Positions 1-8,730 of a DNA stretch of 64,000 nucleotides are shown here, one piece after another; the stretch's first letter is position 1, and each line of letters begins with the position of its first letter. Both the position numbers and the translations under genes were made by a program. The notes beneath the pieces were generated by a model, which was given only the letters and a program-made list of their open reading frames with translations, did not search any database and was not told where the DNA came from. Location of the stretch: assembly GCA_045806985.1 (NCBI GenBank), contig JBJMIH010000166.1, forward strand, positions 7,567 to 71,566, written 5' to 3'. Origin of the DNA: Mycobacteriales bacterium. Its GTDB lineage: Bacteria; Actinomycetota; Actinomycetes; Mycobacteriales; JBJMIH01.

Positions 1-133
1 CTTCAGTGTTCGTCGCACGGTAGGGCCCGGCCTCGGGCCAGGAGGCCGGGCGGTGGAGAAAGTTACGCCGGCGACCCTTGCTGCTCCGGCGACAGCTGAA
101 GGCGACGCCGCAGGGCAGCTGCTCGCGCGAGGA

Positions 134-490
134 TCAGCCGTACGCCTCGACGCAGTCGGCGGCAATCCAGCCGGAGAGGTTGTTGTAGACCACCGCGGCC
201 CACAGGTTGGCGCTCGCGCCGGCGCTGCAATCGGTGTAATCACCGCCGGAGGTGGTCAGCGTACAGCTGGGGCTGTCCAGGACGGTGTCCATCGGTACCT
301 GGTCGAGGGCGGTCGAGCTGGAGTCTGGTGCCGCGCGCAGGCGCAGACCGTCAGCGATGACCACCACCTGGCAGATGTCCTGCCGCGACTGACGGGTCGG
401 AACGGAGTGGGCCGGGCCGGCCAGCGGACCAACGCTGAGCGGCGCCGCGATCAGCAAGAGGAGCAGGACGAGTCGTAAGCACTTCATCAT
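134..490 (-). CDS. small secreted protein with bacterial SH3-like domain
   Basis: 118-aa ORF with a hydrophobic N-terminal signal sequence (LVLLLLLIAAPLSVG). GLRLRAAP...LSGWIAADCVEAY resembles SH3b domains. Its start lies 13 nt after the stop of the DNase gene on the same strand. Confidence 0.5.
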   Translation of the reverse strand: MMKCLRLVLLLLLIAAPLSVGPLAGPAHSVPTRQSRQDICQVVVIADGLRLRAAPDSSSTALDQVPMDTVLDSPSCTLTTSGGDYTDCSAGASANLWAAVVYNNLSGWIAADCVEAYG

Positions 491-503
491 CGGTCAGTCC
501 TCC

Positions 504-1781
504 TCAGCCGATCACGCGAACCCAGAACGGGTCACCGTTGAGAATGCGGTTCGAGCTGTAGAACCCGCCGAGCTGCGCGCCGCCCGACTTGTTGTCGTTG
601 AGCGGGACGTGCTCGGTCGAGTAGTTTCCGTTCGCCTTGGCGGCACCCTGGTTGGTGGAGGCGAAGGGGTACTCGTCGCAACTATCATTGACGAATTGTC
701 GCTGAAAGACGGAAGCACTACAGGCCGTGCGCCGATTGGCGCGTATCTGCTTGGGGTCCGTTTGTCTGGTGAGTGGGTGCCCATTGATCTGGTCGACGCC
801 GGGCTCTCCGACCAGCCTATTCTCAGCCTCCTGTATATGCGCTGCCGTCTCCGGGGCATTTCCGCTCAGGCTGATGGTGAACGTCGGTACGTAGGTATCC
901 CAAGTGCATGTTTGCGGGCTCGCGTCTTTCGTGCGGTTCTCGCAGAACACGGTCTGAGCGTAGACGCAACCCGATGGATTGGTGTGGGCAAAGACCGGAT
1001 CGTTGTCGCAGCGTATGCCCCACAGCTCGAACGTTCCCACCGGAAGCTCCGAGGTATTCGGAGCGGCATTGCCAAGCATGCTGATCCAGAGAGGCTGTGG
1101 TTGCGGCTCAGCGTCGGCGGTCAATGTGCCGTCCACGATGAGCGGTATGTCGGGGTACAGCGGTACCTCGGTGTTCACGGGAAGACTCTGGGACATGAGG
1201 GTGCATGACGCGTTGGTTGGACGGCAGAGGAACTCTCCCCTGATCGTGCTCGGACTCGTGGCCAGAACTCCGGTGGTGTTACTCACGAGAATTTCGAGAT
1301 GCTCCGTTAGCTCTCGGGCGCCGGCATTGAGGCTGTCGGAGTGAAAGAGATCTAGCTCCCCAGTGCCGACGATGTCGCCGGTGTCGTCTTGCAGGATGCC
1401 GATGTTCCAATCGTCCCAACGACAGCCGTGTAGCCGGTCGATGACGTACATCTCGTTGGGTAGGCACTGGTCTGGCCAATCGGACGGTATGTTTGGTTTC
1501 GGCATGCTGGTGGCGGTCCCGCTGTGCAGGAAGCACAGCGATCGATGGCCAGGATTGGCCGAGCCGTTGCGACGTGCCTGGGCTTTCTTCTTCACCGCAT
1601 CGCAGTAGCTCGATTCCGGAATTGCCGGGCTCATCTGCCGTACCTTTGTGGAGGTCGTGCCCGGCTTCTGCCGGTGGGGTGCTGTTCCCTGATCGGCGGC
1701 GGCACTGCGCACGCCGCCAGTAAGCAGCAGCGCCAGCCCGACAGTCAGGACGGATAAGAGGGCACGTTTGTTCTGCACCAT
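504..1781 (-). CDS. secreted NucA/NucB-family deoxyribonuclease domain protein
   Basis: 425-aa ORF with a signal peptide (ALLSVLTVGLALLLTGG). The C-terminal CDEYPFAST...HVPLNDNKSGGAQLG matches the DE[WY]P[FM]A ... DN..G signature of Bacillus NucA/NucB DNases. GC is visibly lower than in neighbouring genes. Confidence 0.65.
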   Translation of the reverse strand: MVQNKRALLSVLTVGLALLLTGGVRSAAADQGTAPHRQKPGTTSTKVRQMSPAIPESSYCDAVKKKAQARRNGSANPGHRSLCFLHSGTATSMPKPNIPSDWPDQCLPNEMYVIDRLHGCRWDDWNIGILQDDTGDIVGTGELDLFHSDSLNAGARELTEHLEILVSNTTGVLATSPSTIRGEFLCRPTNASCTLMSQSLPVNTEVPLYPDIPLIVDGTLTADAEPQPQPLWISMLGNAAPNTSELPVGTFELWGIRCDNDPVFAHTNPSGCVYAQTVFCENRTKDASPQTCTWDTYVPTFTISLSGNAPETAAHIQEAENRLVGEPGVDQINGHPLTRQTDPKQIRANRRTACSASVFQRQFVNDSCDEYPFASTNQGAAKANGNYSTEHVPLNDNKSGGAQLGGFYSSNRILNGDPFWVRVIG

Positions 1782-1990
1782 TCACCACCTCATGGGTTGA
1801 TGGCACACGAGAAACAGCGGGCAGCCGAAGATGGCGCCAAGAGGCGCGAGCGAGGAAAAGAAGCCAGGGCCAGCGGCAATCGGCCTCGCTGAGCTGTCGG
1901 AAACCTCCGTCCCCCGTGTCGTGATCTTATAGAAGGTGACGATCACTCTAGCGAGTCGGACAAGAGCGGTCAATATGGCAAAATGGTGGC

Positions 1991-3028
1991 ATGACTGACG
2001 ACAGGTCGGAACCAGTTCCGCTGCGGGCAGTCGACGGGGTGATGGAAGCCGATTACCACCAGTTCTTGCTGGTGAGCGACGGCTGGCCTGACCCTGACGA
2101 GGAGCCGATCGGCGGCCAGAACGGACTCGTCGAAGTTCGCGCAGGCGGAATTACCGTACTGACCGGCGCGCAATACGGTGAGCTGCCCATCCACGTCGCT
2201 CTATATGACCGGGAGCCGCCGCTCCAACTCATTGAATGGGACGAGGTCGTCGACGTCAGCTTTACCGCTACGGGTCAGCTCGTTTTCAGCGAGCTGATGG
2301 GGAATGCGAATCGCGAGTTGCCTGACGTGGCTTTTCGCGGGCCAGGCGACTACCGACTGCGGTTCTGCGCCCGCGGCCGGGATGGCGAAGATGAGCACCA
2401 TGCTGTGCTGGTCTGGCCGGGACCTCCGGCGTCGCCGCACGTCCACCGGCGTGCCGATCAGACTGGCGCCGCTTTCCGCGATGAGCCGTCCGAGCCGACA
2501 CCAGTTCCGCCGCGCGACGCAGATCTGGTCGCCGCCGTCGCCCGACTAACCGAGACTATCGCCCAACCGTCGCCGCCCATCCTCAGCGGACGGGTTCGCA
2601 CGGTACATCGCAGCAGTCGGGTGCCGGTGGCGGTCGGCGAGGTGTATGAGGCAGTGGGTCATCTGCACTGGTGGCTCGGCATCGGTGGAATTCCCGCCTA
2701 CGGGTCCGGCCAGCTGTTCACCATCTACCTGCGGCGGAAGATCCGCCTGAGCGCCCGCGGGACAGTGCTCGCGGCTGAGCCGAGCCGACGGCTGCACTTC
2801 AGTCTCTTCTGGACCTGCCCCCCTTACAACTGGGAGGTTCCCGATCCGCCGACTGCCGTAAACATCGACTTACGGGCCGATAGCGCAGAGACGCTCGTGC
2901 AGGTGACCCACACCGGCGTACCCGCCGAGTGGGCCGAGGATGTCGACCTGCTTTGGGCCTACTACCTGGACCGCCTCGTGGCGGCGACCACGGGTGCGCC
3001 AATTGGGCACCATCCATGGGACGCGTAA
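1991..3028 (+). CDS. ComJ/Nin-like nuclease-inhibitor domain fused to an SRPBCC (AHSA1-like) domain
   Basis: 345-aa ATG ORF without a signal peptide. N-terminal EADYHQFLLV..W.DPDEE..G..GLVEV...GDYRLRF parallels B. subtilis Nin/ComJ (SISYHQFTVF..WTDEAIEKG...GDYQLTCW, recalled from memory). The C-terminal ~130 aa look like an SRPBCC ligand-binding fold. Divergent from the DNase gene. Confidence 0.5.
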   Translation: MTDDRSEPVPLRAVDGVMEADYHQFLLVSDGWPDPDEEPIGGQNGLVEVRAGGITVLTGAQYGELPIHVALYDREPPLQLIEWDEVVDVSFTATGQLVFSELMGNANRELPDVAFRGPGDYRLRFCARGRDGEDEHHAVLVWPGPPASPHVHRRADQTGAAFRDEPSEPTPVPPRDADLVAAVARLTETIAQPSPPILSGRVRTVHRSSRVPVAVGEVYEAVGHLHWWLGIGGIPAYGSGQLFTIYLRRKIRLSARGTVLAAEPSRRLHFSLFWTCPPYNWEVPDPPTAVNIDLRADSAETLVQVTHTGVPAEWAEDVDLLWAYYLDRLVAATTGAPIGHHPWDA

Positions 3029-3517
3029 CTCACGTCCAGCGTCCGAGGGGACGGGTGCTATACCGATAGAAATAGGCCGAGGGGCAGCGGACGCCCTCAG
3101 TCGAGCAGGCCGAGAAAGCTGGCCGCGCCGCCAGCTTGTGCCATACGCAGCGTCGTGCACGTCCGCGTCGGGGTTGGTCGGCGGTTGGCCCGCCGGTGGG
3201 GTCGCACTGGCGGTGGCCCGGTGGTTGAGCTGATCGACCTGGCCATTGAGGTGATCGACGAGGCTGGCGAAGCGGTTCGTCGCCGCCGCAGCGTCCCGAA
3301 GCGCGTCGACACCGACGTTGCCGTGCGCGTCGAGGCGGTGCGTGGCAGCGAAAAACGACAGGCTGGCGGTGCTCTGCCAGGCGGTCATCGCGTCACCAGC
3401 AGCCCCTTTGACCTTGCCGTGCGCCCGCTCCATCTCCTCGGCCGCCCTGCCGAGTGATGCCGCCGCCTGGCGGAGTCCTTCCGGATCGGCGGCGAGCGGG
3501 GAGTAGGTGGCAGTCAC
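2870..3517 (-). pseudogene. N-terminal fragment of a WXG100-like / T7SS-signal type protein (truncated)
   Basis: GTG at 3517 opens ATYSPLAADPEGLRQAAASLGRAAEEMERAHGKV..MTAWQS..FFAATHRL..., a helical WXG-like N-domain of the kind found at the start of actinobacterial polymorphic toxins. After ~130 aa the frame becomes low-complexity and runs antisense into the 3' end of 1991..3028. No toxin or repeat body follows. Confidence 0.3.
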
Positions 3518-3694
3518 CGAACGGTCCGCTCGATGCCGACCGCACCAGCCAGGTCGGTGTCGGTGTACGCCTGGGACGCCCCTACGACCTGCCGGCCAAG
3601 GCCGCCGTCGTGTTCGGCCACGGCTCGCACCGGTGACCTGCTCGCCACGGTCGCACGCCAGCCCGGCCGGCAGAGGGTTGGATATGGTCCCGCG

Positions 3695-4246
3695 GTGCGT
3701 ACCTGGACTCGAATCCTCCTGGTGTCTGTTGTCGTGGTGCTGGCGCTGGCCGGTTGCTCCGGCAAGAGCCATACCGCCAAGCCCCACCTGAGCAGCAGTC
3801 CTTCATCTCAGCCAGCAGCGCCGAAAGCGCCGGCCGCCGCTTCGGCCCATACGCAGGAAGGTGCCGTGGCCTTCGCGCGGTACTGGTTGGGCAAGCTCCT
3901 GCCTTACACCTTTTCCAGCCTCGATAGCAGCCAGCTTCACGCGACGAGCCTGCCGAGCTGCACCACCTGCCAGAACGTGATCAACAGCGTCGAGGCGGTG
4001 AGGAAGGACGGCCAGAAGTACGTCGGCAACGACATCACCATCCTCGACGCGCAGTCGCCGCCGGTCGCAAACAGCCAGAGCCAGACCGTGGACGTCACCT
4101 ACCGCGCCCCCGCCCAACAGATCGTGGACAAGGCGGGCAAGACAGTCAGCACCGATCCGGCATCCGACCACGCGGTTTCCGAACTGACGCTGGACTGGGA
4201 TAGCGGCCACTGGATGGTGCACGAAGTGAAGCTGCTTGGAAGCTAG
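3695..4246 (+). CDS. lipoprotein, DUF6318-like
   Basis: GTG at 3695. Lipobox LALAGCSG, then a Ser/Pro/Ala linker, then AFARYWLGKL...LPSCTTCQNVINSVEAVRKDG, typical of DUF6318 actinobacterial lipoproteins. Confidence 0.6.
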   Translation: MRTWTRILLVSVVVVLALAGCSGKSHTAKPHLSSSPSSQPAAPKAPAAASAHTQEGAVAFARYWLGKLLPYTFSSLDSSQLHATSLPSCTTCQNVINSVEAVRKDGQKYVGNDITILDAQSPPVANSQSQTVDVTYRAPAQQIVDKAGKTVSTDPASDHAVSELTLDWDSGHWMVHEVKLLGS

Positions 4247-4277
4247 CCGCCGCACGTACCTGACGAGGGGAGACAGC

Positions 4278-5154
4278 ATGGTGCGGACACGGGGGAACGC
4301 GAGGGTGGCCGCCGTACTGGTTCTCGCACTGGTGGTTGTCGCTCTCGAAGCTGATGTCATGCGGTCCGCCTCGGCCGGCGGAAAGAAGTGTGGCAGGTCC
4401 ACATGCCAAACCACTCCCACCGGCGTGAGCGAGCAAGGCGCCGTCACGAACCCGGCGAGCCCGCCGGCAAACGACGCTCACGACACGCACTCGACCGGCC
4501 CGGCCACCCAGACCACCTACACACCGCCGTGCGGTCACAACACCCCCGACGACGGCGACCTGATGTGCATGGAAGGCACGGTCAGGTGCAACCCGACCAA
4601 TCCCAATGCCCGTTACTGGTGGGTGTGGACTCGGCCGGTGCAGACGCCGCCGGCGCCGTGGCGGTTTCAGGGCACGAGCTGCCTGGATCTCAATCAGGTC
4701 GGCGGGCAAGTGCCGCTGACGCCCGGCATGGTGGCGGCTGCCTTCCAGCAGCAGACCTTCGCCAAGGCGACGGTCACCATCCAGCCGTCCCCGAAGACGC
4801 CAGTGCACCTGTTGACGGTCTTCACGGCCACCCTGCCCACCGGCGGGCGGCCGTACCAGGAGTTTCCGAACGTGGTGCTGCTCGGCCAGCATCTCGTCAT
4901 CCGGCCTACCCCACCGAGTACCACTGGGACTTCGGCGACGGCACCACCACGGCCACCAGCAGTGCGCCACTACCACGCAGACCACCCACACCTACACCAC
5001 GCTGGGCACGGTGAACGTCACCGTCACCGTGGTGTACCGCGGCGAATACGCGCTGCCCGGCGGTCAGTTCCAGCCAATCCCCGGCACTGCTCAGCAGACC
5101 AGCGACCCGGTGGCGCTCACCGTCGACCAGATCCAGGCGGTCAACGGTAACTGA
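4278..5154 (+). pseudogene. secreted PKD-domain protein with two frameshifts
   Basis: ATG at 4278 preceded by GAGGGGAGA, then a signal/TM segment VAAVLVLALVVVAL. The PKD signature WDFGDGTTTATSS lies in a second frame and THTYTTLGTVNVTVTVVY...VNGN-stop (TGA 5152-5154) lies in a third. The frame changes are near 4911-4914 and 4965-4975. Confidence 0.55.
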
Positions 5155-5752
5155 GGCGTCCAGGCGCGGGACGGCCGGCGCTACCAGAGGCACGGCGGCC
5201 CCTCGTCGTGCTCTACCGCCGTGCGGTCGTGCAGCTTGGGGCGTTTGAACGCACGCCGGTGAGTTAGGCGGGAACGACTCGCGGGCGTGCGGCAAGCGCC
5301 GATTACCGACGACCAGCGCGTCACCCGGTTGATGCAGCAGCCGCTTTGGCATGGCGAGCACTGTAGCGAAAGCGGCCAGCCTGTCTAGTCCGGACGCGAT
5401 ACGCCGAAAGCGCAGGTCGGCGGCCACTCGTGCTGGTCGGCGGATGGCAGGATTTGAGTCAGCAATGAAATCCGGCCCGCAGTGGGTCGACAAACGAGCC
5501 AAGTGGGTCACTGTACGAGCTGAGCGGGTCAATGGGCGGACCAAGCGGCCCACGAGGTGGGCCAACAGACGAAGACTCGGGTCAATTGGTGACGGCAATT
5601 GGCCTGCCCGACCGGGTGGAATCTATCCACGCGCTGCATCGAGCAGCGTCTCCTTATACGAGGGATGTGCACCATGCGCAGGCACTTCGAGGGCGACGGC
5701 GGTGGGGGCGGTACCTGATTCCGCCTCTCATCGGCACCGAGCCGCTGAGGAC

Positions 5753-5798
5753 GCAAACGCAGGAGCCTCGGGCTACACACCGAAGCTCCTGCGTTTGC
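5753..5798. promoter_or_regulatory. perfect 14-bp inverted repeat (GCAAACGCAGGAGC / GCTCCTGCGTTTGC) with an 18-nt spacer
   Basis: Read directly: 5753-5766 pairs with 5785-5798. It lies ~48 nt upstream of the ATG at 5846 in an AT-richer non-coding stretch. There is no T-tract. Confidence 0.4.
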
Positions 5799-5845
5799 CG
5801 TGCTTGCGGTCGACGCCAAGTTCGGTATAGTTGATCTTGTATTTT

Positions 5846-6601
5846 ATGAATCCGCTGCAACGCCTCTACAAGACCAAGCTCGCATTATCCCCCACGATCG
5901 CGACCGTGGTTGGCGCTGCCCTTCTGGTGCTGGCCCGCTGGGTCGAGACCCACCATGCGTAACACTGGCTGACCAGCCTGCCGGTCGCCGACGTTGGCTC
6001 GGCGCTCTTCACTACCGGCCTGGTGGTGAGCTACTTCGAGTACATCGGGCAGGTGGATGAGGAGGAGCGGGAGTCGCAGCGCCTCATGAAGGTGCTCACC
6101 GAGACGGCACCGGCCATAAGAGATTCGGTGGTCGACGGGTTCGCCTTCGCACCGAACCCCCTGACCAACGTGTCCTCGCCCGAGACGCTCGACCGCATCG
6201 TGCGCAACTGCCTGGCGATCCGGTTCAAAGACCGATCGTTGGCCGAGGACGTCTACGCAGATATGAGCGTTCAGGTCATCCGGGCAAGCGAGCGCCGGTA
6301 CGACATCAATGCCTCGGTGGCCTTGTCGCCGTGGGAAGGTGGGCCGGCGTCCGGCAAGGACGCCATGTTCGTTGCCACAGTGCGGTGGGAGTATCGCGTC
6401 GTGCCGAGCAGCTCGGTGCTGCGCTTCTCCTGTATCTCAGAGCTCAGTGAGTACGACGGGGTACGTGAAGACCCGACCTCCACGGCTACGTGGTACTTCC
6501 AGCCGGTCGGAAAGTTGGACGGAGGGTCGGCCGAGGCGTTCCAGGTCGTTGAGGTCACGGTCGACGGTGAGCCGCGACGGATTCGCCGAACAACGCGGTA
6601 G
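5846..6601 (+). pseudogene. two-TM membrane-anchored protein interrupted by an in-frame TAA (or a shorter 192-aa product from GTG 6023)
   Basis: ATG 5846 opens MNPLQRLYKTKLALSPTIATVVGAALLVLARWVETHHA, then TAA at 5960-5962. The same frame continues HWLTSLPVADVGSALFTTGLVVSYFEY... into the 6023..6601 track ORF. Confidence 0.45.
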
Positions 6602-6814
6602 GCAACCAGATTTACACCGCAGACATCGGGCCGGAGCTAGTGAGGACAAAGCGCCAAGTGGTGATCCCTATACCTACCGCGTCCTCGTCCAACAGCACAG
6701 CGACCTCCCACCTGGCGGCCAGCGCGGACCAGCAGATGGCAACCGCACTGGACGGCGTGCTCTGCCGGCGCTCAGGGCCGGATGAGGCTGCCAGCCGCAC
6801 CGGTACACAAGAAC

Positions 6815-7012
6815 CCCCGAGGCGATCGCTGCGGGGGTATCGATGCGCGAGCCACATTCTGTAACGCCAAAGCCACCAGCCTCCGCCGCGGACTTGACCG
6901 CACACGTGGTCATCTCTGTGGCGGAGGCCGGCCAACTCCTCGGCCTGTCGCGGTCATCCGCATATCAGGCGGTTCAGCAAGGCGAAATCCCGAGCGTACG
7001 GATAGGGGGAAG
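6815..7012 (+). repeat. direct repeat copy A (excisionase-like segment)
   Basis: Aligns by eye with 19305..19501 in the same orientation. Roughly nine of ten positions are identical, with one 1-nt gap. Confidence 0.8.
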
Positions 7013-7439
7013 AATCCTGGTGCCCACGGCCCCGCTCCTGGAGATGCTCGGCGTCAGCACCCGAAAGGCCACCCGAGTGATCGTGCCGCCTACCGTCCGC
7101 CCTGACCACACGCCGGCCCGCAGCACCGCTCGTCGATCAAACCCGGTCGTCCTTGGCCCGCGCCGTCCGTTCCGATGTCTCACCTGGCGAAGTTCAACAT
7201 CCGGTCATGCCGAAGAGCGGGCATCCACCGGGATCTGTTGCAGAGGCGGGTACAGGCTCGGCATCGAGAGCGCACGGGGCTACCGAAGTAGCGGAGAGTT
7301 ATGGCCCGCCTTAGTTTTGAATTCGACTATAGACAATTCGCTCGTCGGCTGCGCCGCCGCCAACACCGTCGGGATAGTGCCAGGTGCCGACGTACTCCGT
7401 ATTGTCTTGATTGAAGGTAGCCTGAAAGAACGTGTCTGA
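6843..7439 (+). CDS. excisionase/MerR-type helix-turn-helix protein (Xis-like); 3' extent uncertain
   Basis: ATG 6843. VISVAEAGQLLGLSRSSAYQAVQQGEIPSVRIGGRILVPTAPLLEMLG fits the excisionase-family HTH pattern. The rest of the ORF is low-complexity and overlaps the 7311..7772 gene, so the true product is probably ~70-80 aa or the gene is fused/degraded. Confidence 0.45.
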   Translation: MREPHSVTPKPPASAADLTAHVVISVAEAGQLLGLSRSSAYQAVQQGEIPSVRIGGRILVPTAPLLEMLGVSTRKATRVIVPPTVRPDHTPARSTARRSNPVVLGPRRPFRCLTWRSSTSGHAEERASTGICCRGGYRLGIESARGYRSSGELWPALVLNSTIDNSLVGCAAANTVGIVPGADVLRIVLIEGSLKERV

Positions 7440-7772
7440 CTCTTTGCCGCCCAGGCTGACGCGCAGTTTCTGGCCATCTAGTACCCACGTGTAGGTGGAC
7501 TCATCGCCCATGGTGTCCATGTAATGAGCCTGGAGCGTGTCACTGTCCTGATCATAGGTGACATGCTGGATTACCTTCATTTCGGTGCCGCTGACGACAA
7601 AATCGACACTCATTACGAGAAGAAGGCCCTCGCGCAGCGATTTATACTCGGCCTTGCCGTCGATTCCTGACCCATTGACTCGCCATCTTCCGCTCAAACG
7701 CTCAGTCAACTCGACCAGCTTAGGATTAGGTTTCGTTGGAGCACGTCCGCCCGCGTTGTCGCTGACCGCCAT
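7311..7772 (-). CDS. hypothetical protein (beta-barrel/lipocalin-like, DUF1579-like guess)
   Basis: 153-aa ORF with clean coding character and lower GC than its surroundings. No signal peptide. The function is not recognised. Confidence 0.55.
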   Translation of the reverse strand: MAVSDNAGGRAPTKPNPKLVELTERLSGRWRVNGSGIDGKAEYKSLREGLLLVMSVDFVVSGTEMKVIQHVTYDQDSDTLQAHYMDTMGDESTYTWVLDGQKLRVSLGGKESDTFFQATFNQDNTEYVGTWHYPDGVGGGAADERIVYSRIQN

Positions 7773-7907
7773 TGCTGATCCCCTCTAATCTAGCAAAGAC
7801 TCTCACTGAAACAGGTGCGTCCATCGACAGCCTCAGCAGCAACGGTGACGGAGATGCGACTGGGAGCGCGGGCAACGGCCGCCGAGCGTCGAGCCGACGC
7901 TGCCGGG

Positions 7908-8501
7908 CTACGCTTCGCGTCGTTGCGGCCCGACGCCCTCCGGTATGCCCGTGTGCAGGTGCGGAATGTACACGAGCTTCTGCGTGCGGCCGTCGAGCAC
8001 GGTCGACTCGACGAGCTCAAGGTCGAAGTCCGGGCCGCCGTGGAACAGTGACGCATAGCCGGCCTTTCCGGTGATCGCCGGGAAGACCAGCACCTCGAGA
8101 AAATCGACGAGTCCCGCCGCAAGCAGGGCGCGATTGAGCGAGATGCTGCCGTGGGATCGCATCGGTACGTCGGTCTCGCGCTTGAGCCGCTGCATCGCGG
8201 TCACGGCATCCTCCGCGATGACGGTCGAGTTCGACCATCCCAGCGGCACGCTCAGCGTGCTCGAGAACACGATCTTCGGCAAGGCCGTGAGGCTGTCGTA
8301 GTAAGGCTCGTCGTACTCAACGACGAACTCGCGGAACTCGCGAAATGTCGTTGCTCCGTAGACCAGCACCTGGTCCTGCGCGTACTTCCGCACCAGGTAG
8401 TCCCGGAGCTCAGGGCCTTCCTTGCCCCAGTATCCTGGCCAGCCGCGCGCCGAGCCGTTGCCGTCGAGGCTGCTGAAGAAGTCGACCGTCAGGGTGGCCA
8501 T
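7908..8501 (-). CDS. dihydrofolate reductase family protein (RibD C-terminal domain)
   Basis: 197 aa. TVDFFSSLDG...VYGATTFREF...MRSHGSISLNRALLAAGLVDFLEVLVFP is typical of the RibD_C/DHFR-like family. Confidence 0.7.
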   Translation of the reverse strand: MATLTVDFFSSLDGNGSARGWPGYWGKEGPELRDYLVRKYAQDQVLVYGATTFREFREFVVEYDEPYYDSLTALPKIVFSSTLSVPLGWSNSTVIAEDAVTAMQRLKRETDVPMRSHGSISLNRALLAAGLVDFLEVLVFPAITGKAGYASLFHGGPDFDLELVESTVLDGRTQKLVYIPHLHTGIPEGVGPQRREA

Positions 8502-8730
8502 CAGATGCCCCGCCGTTCGCCGGTCCTGGTGGTAGTCATGTCAGTACTCCTCATCCGGGTGGTCCGGTCGACCACCGCTCAGTTAGGCCACGAAGGCCGC
8601 GACCCGTATCCGACAGATCGCGCAGCGCCGTTACCGTTTCGTTACATTGGGACCAGTCTCAAGACTCGCGATCTCCGTCAACTGAGGTCGTACTTGTCTT
8701 GGGAGATCAGCCCGTACCCCGACACGTGCT

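Noticed and set aside
3060-3085. A shared motif, (G/A)TAG(A/G)AAATAGGC, at 3063-3080 and 43683-43700, each just after a plus-strand gene end.
   Set aside because: Only about 12 matching bases occur twice in 64 kb, with no palindromic or promoter-like structure. Treated as coincidence.
4906-5598. A 230-aa minus-strand ORF spanning the gap between the PKD pseudogene and the 5846 gene.
   Set aside because: Its 3' half is antisense to the PKD gene and its 5' half has no recognisable features. The region 5155-5845 is AT-richer and is treated as non-coding or decayed.
5150-7310. A search for a tRNA gene or tRNA 3' fragment that could serve as the attachment site for the xis-containing remnants. 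The regions 19500-19950 and 21190-21480 were also searched.
   Set aside because: No T-loop-like GGTTCGAATCC-type sequence or cloverleaf was seen by eye. The att sites remain undefined.
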